From an uncultured Pseudomonadales bacterium (GTDB taxonomy: Bacteria > Patescibacteriota > Microgenomatia > UBA1400 > PJMF01): DNA of 64,000 bases. The notes beneath the pieces are model-generated. The model ran no database searches and had not been told where the DNA came from. It saw only the letters and a list, made by a program, of their open reading frames with translations. Shown in pieces: positions 48,844-57,822 of this stretch (position 1 is the stretch's first letter; every line of letters begins with the position of its first letter). The stretch spans positions 3,806 to 67,805 of the forward strand of contig CAZCXA010000001.1 in NCBI GenBank assembly GCA_964502565.1. Direction: 5' to 3'. A program made the translations under genes and the position numbers.

Positions 48844-50259
48844 ATGCCTAAACCTTATCCAAATCGAAAAAAAGAAACCTTAATCGGCAGTTTTCTTTTC
48901 ATTATCTTCAGTATCGTGATTATGGTTAGCGTCTCTCGTTTTGATACCATTCGTGATTTTTTTTCACAAGCCATGAGTAATCCCGCCAATATCGTTATTG
49001 ATGGTCAAGCAGTTGTGGGACCGCTGAATCGTTCTTGGCTCAACCTGGCTCAAGGGGGCGAAAGTCATGACTGGCGTATGACCGATATCAACAATAAGGT
49101 TAGTGCGCTTAATCCTGAATATATTCGTCTTGACCACATCTTTAGCTTTTATGATATTGTGCAAGGTTCTCCGCAAAATCTAAGTTTTAATTTTTCCAAA
49201 CTTGATTTAATCTTGAATGATATTTTAGCAGTTGGTGCCAAGCCCTACATAGCGCTAAGCTATATGCCTGCAACTATTTCTCAAGGTGATATCGTGGATT
49301 TGCCTCATCATTGGACAGACTGGCAAATAACGATCCAACGAACAGTTGAACACATTTCTGGTACGCGTGGGATTGAGGATGTTTATTACGAAGTTTGGAA
49401 TGAACCTGATTTATTTGGTAACTGGAAAACTTATGGCAACAAAAACTACTTAACTATGTATTCTTATGCAGCCTTAGGGGCGCAGGCAGCTCAGCGTCAA
49501 CCTCATGTTAAAAACTTTTATTTAGGAGGTCCTGGTACCACGGTGTTATTCAAAAACTGGTTCCATGCTCTCGCTAGACACGCCATCAACAATAATTTAA
49601 AACTCGATTTTTTTTCTTGGCATCGCTACAACCATAACCTAGATATTTTTGAAAACGATCTAGAGCAAGCTAAGACATGGTTGGCGCGCTATCCACAACT
49701 CAGAGGATTAAAACTACATGTTACAGAATGGGGTCCTGATAGTGAAAACCACCCTGCCTATGACAATACTTATGGCGCTGCACACGCGGTTGCGGGTGCC
49801 ATTGTCTTAAATCAACTTGTTGATCGTGCATTTGTGTTTGAAATTCAAGATGGTAAGGACCCGAATAATCAGTCTCACTGGGGCAGATGGGGATTATTAA
49901 CACATCAGGATTTTGGTTCTCAACCTAAACCCAGATATTATGCCTTACGTCTATTAAACAAGATTGGAGATCAAAAATTATATATCACAGGTCTGGGTAG
50001 TTGGGTAAAAGCCATTGCCACGCGAAATGATCGAGATAATATTGATTTTGTAATGGCTAATGCGGATCGGAGCTATCATCGTTATGAAGTCGTGCCGATC
50101 ACCTTTACCAATATTCCTGCTGGAGAGTATAATTTAAACCTAGAATATCTAGACGGAAAACAGGAAAGCATTCCATTGACAACAAATGAACCAAGGCTCA
50201 GAACCGAGGTTCACATGATGCCAAATACAGTGGTATATGGAGAACTTGTTAAAAAATAA
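48844..50259 (+). CDS. Membrane-anchored GH39-like glycoside hydrolase
   Basis: YIRLDH, PYIALSYMP, YYEVWNEPD (acid/base), GGPG, DFFSWHRY, HVTEWG (nucleophile). Confidence 0.85.
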   Translation: MPKPYPNRKKETLIGSFLFIIFSIVIMVSVSRFDTIRDFFSQAMSNPANIVIDGQAVVGPLNRSWLNLAQGGESHDWRMTDINNKVSALNPEYIRLDHIFSFYDIVQGSPQNLSFNFSKLDLILNDILAVGAKPYIALSYMPATISQGDIVDLPHHWTDWQITIQRTVEHISGTRGIEDVYYEVWNEPDLFGNWKTYGNKNYLTMYSYAALGAQAAQRQPHVKNFYLGGPGTTVLFKNWFHALARHAINNNLKLDFFSWHRYNHNLDIFENDLEQAKTWLARYPQLRGLKLHVTEWGPDSENHPAYDNTYGAAHAVAGAIVLNQLVDRAFVFEIQDGKDPNNQSHWGRWGLLTHQDFGSQPKPRYYALRLLNKIGDQKLYITGLGSWVKAIATRNDRDNIDFVMANADRSYHRYEVVPITFTNIPAGEYNLNLEYLDGKQESIPLTTNEPRLRTEVHMMPNTVVYGELVKK

Positions 50260-50317
50260 AAATATTTAGTATTAAGAGTAGCCAACTAAAAGAACTCAAA
50301 CTCCAGTGGAAAAAAAG

Positions 50318-51487
50318 TTAACTTTTGCTTGAGTTTGCCACAATCATTTTTTTACATAACAAACTTATCTGTTCTATAAAGTTTTCCTGAGAATATTTCT
50401 GAGCATTAAGCTGAATTTTTTTCGGAATAAAACTTTTATACAACTTGTTAAACCGTTTGATCGCCTCTACCAACCCAGCAACCGTTAAATCCTTAAACAG
50501 TATGCCATTAACTTTATCTTGAACTGTGTATCGCGGACCACCAGAACAATGCGCGATTACTGGAGTACCTGCCAGCATCGCCTCGATTGGCACAATACCA
50601 AAATCTTCATCCTCTACTGGAAATAGCAAAGCCTTGGCACTTGCGCAAAGCCTAGCCAGCTCCTCATCATCAACCGCACCTAAAAACTCAATCCTCTCAC
50701 TCGCAATGGCTTTCAGATCATCTAACATTTGGCCAGTACCCACTACCTTGAGCTTAACAGCTAACTTATCACAAGCTTTAACAGCCAGTTCTGGATGTTT
50801 TTGCAAACCCAAGCGCCCCACATATAAATAAAAATCTTGTGCAGAATCTTGTTTTATCTTTAATAAGCTTGAGGCTGATACTGGCAAGCTCACCGGTGGA
50901 TAAATGACCTGAGAATCACGCTTGTAAAATTTCTTGATTCTTTGCTGAGTTTCTGGCGAGTTGGCAACAAACCGATCAACCTGTTGAGCATGTTTAAAGT
51001 CAATAACCCTCATGTAATGATTAATAATGTTGCCACAAAGTTTAATAACCGGATTTTTTTTCCAGTTTGACATGGTGGAATACCCATATAAAGCCCGCGG
51101 TGGTGTGTGGCAGTAGCAAAGATGATTCTTGTTTTTTGTTTTAATCGCCTTAGCCTCAAAGGCATTGGAAGAAGAAATGATAATATCAAATTCTGACAGA
51201 TCAAGGGACTGAAAAGCGCGAGGCGCTAAAAAACGCAAAGGAGAGTATAACTTATTATGCAAAGGAATCTTGGCAAACCAAGTTTGGCGAATATCCCAGT
51301 TTTGAAATCGAGACCAATGGGCGCCGAGCGCGTGCTTGTCCAAAAAGGCAACATAAACTGGCGCTGAGGGAAACATTTTATGCAAAGTTTCTAAAACCCG
51401 CTCGGCGCCACCATACTCGCGCAAAAAATCATGTATTAAAACCTCTCTTGGAGAGTTTAAAGGTTTTTTAACCGAGTTTTGTGACAT
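50318..51487 (-). CDS. GT4 family glycosyltransferase
   Basis: HDFLREYGGAERVL, CYCHTPPR, VIYPPV, EDFGIVPIEAM. Confidence 0.93.
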   Translation of the reverse strand: MSQNSVKKPLNSPREVLIHDFLREYGGAERVLETLHKMFPSAPVYVAFLDKHALGAHWSRFQNWDIRQTWFAKIPLHNKLYSPLRFLAPRAFQSLDLSEFDIIISSSNAFEAKAIKTKNKNHLCYCHTPPRALYGYSTMSNWKKNPVIKLCGNIINHYMRVIDFKHAQQVDRFVANSPETQQRIKKFYKRDSQVIYPPVSLPVSASSLLKIKQDSAQDFYLYVGRLGLQKHPELAVKACDKLAVKLKVVGTGQMLDDLKAIASERIEFLGAVDDEELARLCASAKALLFPVEDEDFGIVPIEAMLAGTPVIAHCSGGPRYTVQDKVNGILFKDLTVAGLVEAIKRFNKLYKSFIPKKIQLNAQKYSQENFIEQISLLCKKMIVANSSKS

Positions 51488-51514
51488 TAAAACATTAAGC
51501 TATTATTTAGAAAA

Positions 51515-52471
51515 CTAAAACAAACTTTCTTGGACATCTACCTCAAACTGATCGCCTGGCAACAGCTCTATCAAAGAGTTGAAATCCAGCTCTTTAAACA
51601 GTTTAATTGCTTGTTCTTTATCATAACTGTTCACATGACAACAACTTAAATCAATCTCTAAATCAACAGTATGATCAATCTCGGCTAACTTTCTACTCAA
51701 GTAGGCAGACTCTTTTCCGGTTATTAACTTTTCTAACACACCTCCTTTTAGCAAACCAGCCGACTGTTTTTTACCAGATTCAATCTGTTCAACAGCCTGA
51801 TAAATAGCATCTAAATCACCAAACTCATTTAACAGGGCAACAGCAGTTTTTTGACCAACCCCTTTAACACCAGGAATATTGTCAGAAGCATCGCCCATTA
51901 AAGCTTTCATATCAACTACCTGGCTGGGTTTGATACCCAAATCAGCCTCAACCGCCTGCGCATCATACTCTTTGTCCTGCTTTTTACCTCGACCTGGTAA
52001 CCAAACATGAGTGTTGTCATCAACAATTTGCAACAGATCTTTGTCTCCTGTAACCACGATTGATAAGAGATCCTTGTCTGCTTTTAATTTTTTTGGATCA
52101 TGATCTAGTAAATAACTCAGGGTGCCGATTAAATCATCTGCCTCATAACCTTCTTGTTCAAATTGAGGAATATTAAGCGCGGTCACAACTTCTTTTACCA
52201 GCGGAATTTGTGGCTGAAGCTCATCAGGCATTTCTGGACGCTGGAGTTTGTAATCTTTAAACTCTTTATGACGAAAAGTTGGTTTGCGATGATCAAAACT
52301 CACTGCTAAGTATTTTGGTTGAAACTCGTTTATCGCTGTCAATAAAATCCTGGTAAAACCATATACTGCATTAACCACTCTACCCTGAGGGTCGGTTAGT
52401 TTGGGCAAAGCATAAAAGGCGCGGTAGATGACGGCGTGACCGTCAAAAAGAAGAAAGATGGGGCGCTTCAT
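51515..52471 (-). CDS. Stand-alone 5'-3' exonuclease/flap endonuclease (PolA N-terminal domain)
   Basis: LFDGHAVIYRAFYA, NAVYGF, YEADDLIG, TGDKDLLQ, GDASDNIPGVKGVG; stops at 318 aa. Confidence 0.93.
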   Translation of the reverse strand: MKRPIFLLFDGHAVIYRAFYALPKLTDPQGRVVNAVYGFTRILLTAINEFQPKYLAVSFDHRKPTFRHKEFKDYKLQRPEMPDELQPQIPLVKEVVTALNIPQFEQEGYEADDLIGTLSYLLDHDPKKLKADKDLLSIVVTGDKDLLQIVDDNTHVWLPGRGKKQDKEYDAQAVEADLGIKPSQVVDMKALMGDASDNIPGVKGVGQKTAVALLNEFGDLDAIYQAVEQIESGKKQSAGLLKGGVLEKLITGKESAYLSRKLAEIDHTVDLEIDLSCCHVNSYDKEQAIKLFKELDFNSLIELLPGDQFEVDVQESLF

Positions 52472-52486
52472 GGTGTCAAGTTAAAG

Positions 52487-52532
52487 ATTGAAAATATAGT
52501 TGCAATAAAATTGAAAATATAGTTGCAATAAA
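52487..52532. repeat. 2 x 23-bp perfect tandem repeat
   Basis: attgaaaatatagttgcaataaa twice. Confidence 0.9.
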
Positions 52533-52606
52533 AAGGTGGTTAAAAAGTAAAAAGCTACACAATAAAACTTATGTCCGATGGTTAAGCTCGTTCGAGATTT
52601 TCACTT

Positions 52607-54592
52607 TTACTTTATCTTGGCAAAACCTATGATCTTCTCAAACTGCTCACCATCCAAGGTTTCAAGTTCTAGTAACTTTTCTGCGACCTTGTCTAGTTCT
52701 GCCTCATATTTTCTCAAAAAATCCTCACTCTTTTTTAAAGCCTGACTAATGATCTTTTGGATCTCGATATCAACCTTTTCTTGAAGTTGATCTGAGATCT
52801 TAAACGGCTCACCCCACATCTTGTCATAATCTGAGTTCTCATATTGAGGTCCAAAGTTCATCGGCCCTAAACTACTCATGCCATACTCAACTACCATTGC
52901 TCTCGCAATGCGAGTCGCTCGTTCAATATCACTACTGGCACCAATCGTTTGCTCATTAAACTTGATTAACTCTGCAGCTCTACCGCCTAACATCTCAACA
53001 ATCTTGCCCTCTAATTCTGATTTAGTGGTTTGTAGTTTATCTCTTTCTGGTGGAGTAAAGGTGTATCCTAAAGCTCGGCCTCGTGACACGATCGAGATTC
53101 GGTGCACTGGATCTGAAAACGGCTGGACATGGGCTAAAACCGCGTGACCAGCTTCATGATAAGCAGTCATCTTGCGCTCAAGTTCATTTTGTAAACGCTT
53201 TTTGCTTGGACCCAGTTTAACCTTTAAAGAAGCTTCCTCAATATCTTCCATCACAATCTCACTGCGACCTTCGCGCGCAATCCTGATAGCAGCCTCGTTA
53301 AGCATATTTTCCAGATCAGCTCCAGAAAAACCAACCGTGCTTTTGGCAATATTGGCTAAGCTTAAATCAGAAGCCATTGGCTTGCCTTTGACATGAATTT
53401 TTATGATAAACTTTCTTTCTTCTAAATCTGGTAGATCAACCTGTACTCGACGATCAAACCTACCGGGGCGAATCAAGGCTGAATCTAGTAGTTCTCCTCG
53501 GTTTGTGGCAGCCATGACAATCACGTTGTCATTGGTTTCAAAGCCATCCATCTCAACCAAGATTTGATTCAAGGTTTGCTCTCGTTCATTATGGCCGCCG
53601 GCATAACCCATACCGCGCGTGCGCCCAATCGCATCAATCTCGTCAATAAAAATAATAGAAGGAGCCAATTTTTTGGCTGTATCAAAAAGATCGCGCACGC
53701 GCGAGGCACCTACTCCAACCAACATCTCCATAAACTCAGAACCAGCAATCGATAAAAACTGGACATTCGCCTCTCCTGCCACAGCTCTGGCAAGAAGAGT
53801 CTTACCTGTTCCCGAAGGACCAACCAAGAGCACGCCTTTGGGAGTTCTTGCCCCAACCTTTAAATATTTATCAGGATGTTTTAAGAAGTCAACAATCTCT
53901 TGCAGTTCATTTTTAGCTTCATCCATGCCTCCAACATCATCAAACTTGATATCCTGTTTGCCCTTAATAAAAACTTTTGCTTTAGACTGACTAAAACCTA
54001 ACAAACCATCCTGTGCGCCTTTAGCCTGACGCATAATTAGCGCAAAAACTACGATAATGGCTAACAATGGTAAGAGGTTTAATACTAGTTCCCAAAACAT
54101 TTGTCCCAGGCTTACATCCTCAACTAACAAATCAACCTCTGTAATATCTAATCCTGATGTGCTTAATACGGTTAACACCTCTTGATCGGTTTCCTTGAGG
54201 GCAATCTTACGCTCTTCATCTTTATACAAAATCCTGAGCTCGTTGCCAGCCACCATGATCTTGTCCACCTTTTCCTCTCTCACGTCTCTCACCAACTGGC
54301 TGAGGCTGATGGTTTCAACGCCTCCAGTAAATAAAGAGATTAAAAACGGTAAAAATAAAAATATCAAGATGATATAAACAAGACCTTTCTTAAAAAATTT
54401 ATTCAGATCAACCTTAAACTCAAACTGTTTAATATATTTTTGATCTTTTCTTTCCTTAAGATATTTTTTATCTTTATTAGGAGTATTATTTTTCGTTTTT
54501 ACATCTTTTTCAGGCAATTTTTTACCTTTTAGAAACTTAAACTGTTGCTTGTTTAACTGATCTTTTGGTGAGTTGGAGTTGTTCTTTGTCAT
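52607..54592 (-). CDS. ftsH: ATP-dependent zinc metalloprotease FtsH
   Basis: 2 TMs, [26 protein letters not shown]. Lys-rich N-terminal extension; likely start 54592. Confidence 0.98.
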   Translation of the reverse strand: MTKNNSNSPKDQLNKQQFKFLKGKKLPEKDVKTKNNTPNKDKKYLKERKDQKYIKQFEFKVDLNKFFKKGLVYIILIFLFLPFLISLFTGGVETISLSQLVRDVREEKVDKIMVAGNELRILYKDEERKIALKETDQEVLTVLSTSGLDITEVDLLVEDVSLGQMFWELVLNLLPLLAIIVVFALIMRQAKGAQDGLLGFSQSKAKVFIKGKQDIKFDDVGGMDEAKNELQEIVDFLKHPDKYLKVGARTPKGVLLVGPSGTGKTLLARAVAGEANVQFLSIAGSEFMEMLVGVGASRVRDLFDTAKKLAPSIIFIDEIDAIGRTRGMGYAGGHNEREQTLNQILVEMDGFETNDNVIVMAATNRGELLDSALIRPGRFDRRVQVDLPDLEERKFIIKIHVKGKPMASDLSLANIAKSTVGFSGADLENMLNEAAIRIAREGRSEIVMEDIEEASLKVKLGPSKKRLQNELERKMTAYHEAGHAVLAHVQPFSDPVHRISIVSRGRALGYTFTPPERDKLQTTKSELEGKIVEMLGGRAAELIKFNEQTIGASSDIERATRIARAMVVEYGMSSLGPMNFGPQYENSDYDKMWGEPFKISDQLQEKVDIEIQKIISQALKKSEDFLRKYEAELDKVAEKLLELETLDGEQFEKIIGFAKIK

Positions 54593-54653
54593 ATGATTCT
54601 TGAGCTTCTGTTTTAGCAATTATTTCGAGTTGTAAAGTTTTATTTATTTAGTT

Positions 54654-55754
54654 TTATGAGTTTTGAATTCTATCCTTTATCCCCAGTCCCATCAAGCCCA
54701 TAACTTCTTGCTGGGTCTGCTGGGCTATAGCTTTAGCTTTGTTTGCGCCATCAAGGATTACTTCTTCGATATAATCAGGTTGAGCTACTAACTGTTGGCG
54801 TTTTTCTTGAATAGGCTCTAGTTCTTGAAAAATTACTTGAGCTAATTCTTGTTTTAATTCTTGGTATCGAATACCAGAACCTTGGTACTGTTCTTCAAGA
54901 TAATCAAACTTTTCCTCACCTTGGAATAATCTAACCATCTGTAATAAGCTAGCTACTCCTTCTGAGACCTGCTGGGTTTGCTGGTCTAGATATTTTTTAT
55001 GATGAACACTTGTTTTGGCCTCGTTTGTTTGAACAAGTTTTTCAATCTTTCCCTGTCCGCTATCAGTAGGCACCCCAGCCAACTTTTGTTGAATAGTTGC
55101 TAAATCATCAGTTAAGTTGATATAACTTCCCTCAACCGACTTACTCATCTTGCCACTACCTTTAAGCGAAGGCACATATTCTCCTGAAGTAGCAAACCTT
55201 TGTGGTTCAGGAAAGCTTGTTCCATACTCCTGATTCATCTTGCGAGCTACTTCACGAGCAACCTCTAGATGAGGTTCTTGATCAATGCCGACCGGCACTA
55301 ACTCTGCTTTATAAACCAAGATGTCAGCAGCCATTAAAATCGGATAGTTAAGTAAAGCCATGGTAATATCTTGTGGATACTGAGTTGCTTTTTCTTTAAA
55401 GGTTGGCAAGTGTTGCATGCGCGCCACAGTCATGACAGAAGAAAAAAGAAACATCAAATAGGTGTGCTGAGGCACTAATGACTGAGCAGAAATAATGGCT
55501 TTGTTAGGATCTAACCCAACTGACAAGTAATCTAAAATAATGTCTTTAGTTGCCTGAGGTAATGTTTTCGGATTAAACGGAGTGGTAATGGTGTGCAGAT
55601 CAACCGCCATGAAAATACATTTATATTTTGGGTTGTTTTGCAACTCAAGAAAACCTTTTACTGCTCCCAAGTAGTTACCTAGATGAAGGTGTCCTGTTGC
55701 TCTAATGCCAGAAAATACTTGTTGCGGTGATGAGTTTTTAGTTAAAGACGACAT
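54654..55754 (-). CDS. trpS: Tryptophan--tRNA ligase
   Basis: HLGNYLG, YPILMAADIL, VPVGIDQ, KMSKS. Confidence 0.97.
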   Translation of the reverse strand: MSSLTKNSSPQQVFSGIRATGHLHLGNYLGAVKGFLELQNNPKYKCIFMAVDLHTITTPFNPKTLPQATKDIILDYLSVGLDPNKAIISAQSLVPQHTYLMFLFSSVMTVARMQHLPTFKEKATQYPQDITMALLNYPILMAADILVYKAELVPVGIDQEPHLEVAREVARKMNQEYGTSFPEPQRFATSGEYVPSLKGSGKMSKSVEGSYINLTDDLATIQQKLAGVPTDSGQGKIEKLVQTNEAKTSVHHKKYLDQQTQQVSEGVASLLQMVRLFQGEEKFDYLEEQYQGSGIRYQELKQELAQVIFQELEPIQEKRQQLVAQPDYIEEVILDGANKAKAIAQQTQQEVMGLMGLGIKDRIQNS

Positions 55755-55898
55755 TCTTTAAAAATAACTTGAATATATGAGATATATTGTAGCCAGTTAG
55801 GAAAAAAAGAAAAGGTAAATTTAAAATCAACAGTTGCCAAGTTGTACAGTTACCAAGTTGCAAGAACACAACAACTGGTAAAAACTGCATAACTTTTC

Positions 55899-56768
55899 TT
55901 ACAGTTCTTCAATCTCAATTTCAGGAGAAATTTCTTGATGATCGTCGATTAGCTGTAAATATTTTTCAGTAGTAGTGATACGTTTGTGACCTACTAACTG
56001 TGATACATATACCAAAGGCGTGCCAGCTCTCAACTGCTCAACAATGAAGGTGTTGCGCAGATCATTAACAATAGCATCCTGAATACCAGCAAGCTTAAAA
56101 TGACGATTAATGGCTGCTCTGATATTTCTTACTAAAAAGGGACGGCAAGTCTTGGTTAAAAAGATGCATTTTTCCTTAGCTCTAGGACGTACTTTTAAAT
56201 AATCCATCAATGCTTGTTTAGCTGCTTTATTCAATGGTACTTTTCGACCACCTCGGCTCTTATAGGGTTGAACTTGAATAATACCTCTTTCCAGATCTAC
56301 ATCATCGGTTTTTAGGTTTGCTAACTCACTAATGCGCATTCCTGTTTGCAAAAGTAACTCTACCACAGCAAAAATTCTAACATCTGACCGACAAGCATCT
56401 CGCAGAGCTCGGTACTCCATTTTTGATAAAAAACGAGATGGTTTTTGCTCGAATTTAGGATGTGAAATTTCAGAGGCAGGATTGTTCTCAACTAAACCTT
56501 CGTTCTCTAAAAATCTAAAAAAAGATTTTATCGAGTTGATTTTTCTAGAGATCGATTTATTAGCATAGCGCCGACTCTTTAGTAGCTCCTTAAATTGATT
56601 GATATCTTCATGAGTAACTTCCGAAGCCAGTTCCTTCCCTTGATCTAGAGCATACTCAGCCAACTGTTCTAAGTCTTTAACATAAGCAATCACTGTAGCC
56701 GTGGCCTTGCCGTTTGACTCTAAATATTGACGATATTTTTGTTGTGCAACTGTTAGAGAAATAGCCAT
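55899..56768 (-). CDS. XerC/D-like tyrosine recombinase
   Basis: SAM-like N-domain (SISRKINSIKSFFRFL), TGMRISEL, NDLRNTF, GHKRITTTEKY. Confidence 0.9.
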   Translation of the reverse strand: MAISLTVAQQKYRQYLESNGKATATVIAYVKDLEQLAEYALDQGKELASEVTHEDINQFKELLKSRRYANKSISRKINSIKSFFRFLENEGLVENNPASEISHPKFEQKPSRFLSKMEYRALRDACRSDVRIFAVVELLLQTGMRISELANLKTDDVDLERGIIQVQPYKSRGGRKVPLNKAAKQALMDYLKVRPRAKEKCIFLTKTCRPFLVRNIRAAINRHFKLAGIQDAIVNDLRNTFIVEQLRAGTPLVYVSQLVGHKRITTTEKYLQLIDDHQEISPEIEIEEL

Positions 56769-56921
56769 ACTAGAATCTTCCTAATGTGTAAATATAATAT
56801 AATGAGTAGATAGAAAAGTATTAAATTGTGAAATTATTCCAATAATATTTATCTATAAGATATAAGCAACGTAGCTTATAATAACATAATATAGAAAATT
56901 TTCTAGAGTAAGATTTAATAG

Positions 56922-57284
56922 ATGAAGAACATAGTGTATCACCCCCTAGCTATTCTTATGACCACTGTTTTGGTAATTATTGCAATTTTTAGTCTACGCA
57001 ATAATCTAAAAAGGCTTTCCCTATCTCAAGAAAACTTAAAAAGTGCCCAACTGGCGTATGAAAAAGTAAAACAGGATACAGCAAAGGACAAGGCGTTATT
57101 AAACCAGTTTCAGCATCCTTTTGTTCAAGAAAAAATTACAAGAAATGAGTTGCTAAGACAGAAAAACAATGAAATATTGATCAAACTCCCTGATATTGTT
57201 CTTGAACAAAAAAAACAAGATCCGATCCCGCAAAAAACAGTTTTTGAACAGTGGAAAAAAGTGCTCGAGATAGGCAAGCAGTAA
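56922..57284 (+). CDS. FtsB/DivIC-like septum formation initiator
   Basis: N-terminal TM, coiled coil, PFVQEKITRNELLRQKNNE. Confidence 0.6.
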   Translation: MKNIVYHPLAILMTTVLVIIAIFSLRNNLKRLSLSQENLKSAQLAYEKVKQDTAKDKALLNQFQHPFVQEKITRNELLRQKNNEILIKLPDIVLEQKKQDPIPQKTVFEQWKKVLEIGKQ

Positions 57285-57434
57285 AAAACTCCTTTATCAC
57301 ACAAAAACAGCCACAACCACCACAAGAAGAAAAGGTGGTGAAAAAATTAATATTTTTCACACTCCTTGTGAAAAATTGAAGAATCTTGAAAAACCTAAGA
57401 AGTATTTAACAAAGCTTCACTCTCTTAAAACTTG

Positions 57435-57508
57435 TAGCAGGGGTGAGACTTGAACTCACGACCTTCGGTTTATGAATCCGATGCTCTAACCAACTGAGCT
57501 ACCCTGCC
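57435..57508 (-). tRNA. tRNA-Met(CAT), probably elongator (Ile2 not excluded)
   Basis: GGCAGGGTAGCTCAGTTGGTTAGAGCATCGGATTCATAAACCGAAGGTCGTGAGTTCAAGTCTCACCCCTGCTA. Confidence 0.9.
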
Positions 57509-57682
57509 ATAAAAAATCACCTAAATCAATCTTGAAAAAAATATTGATAATTGATTTTAAAGAAAAAATGTATTTTATTTAAACAGACAGTTCAACTGAT
57601 GATTAACCAAAAAAATACCGTTGGTTGATTATACCAAATATTATCTTGTATAATAAACCTTTGAAACAACCCAATTCAACAA

Positions 57683-57751
57683 CGCGGGATAGTGTACGGT
57701 GCACGCAAGGCTCATAATCTTGCAGGCTAGGTTCGACTCCTAGTCCCGCAA
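57683..57751 (+). tRNA. Initiator tRNA-fMet(CAT), compact
   Basis: CGCGGGA/TCCCGCA acceptor with C1:A72 mismatch, CTCATAA loop, T-arm CTAGG-TTCGACT-CCTAG; 69 nt. Confidence 0.88.
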
Positions 57752-57822
57752 CAAATTTTTTTTGAAAAAAAATACTGACTGGTCAGTGATTAAATATTCC
57801 TCATTATTGAGCCTAAACTTAC

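Noticed and set aside
56875-56905. dif site next to the xer gene (TTATGTTA on the minus strand)
   Set aside because: Only a partial XerD-like arm in very AT-rich DNA; no matching second arm
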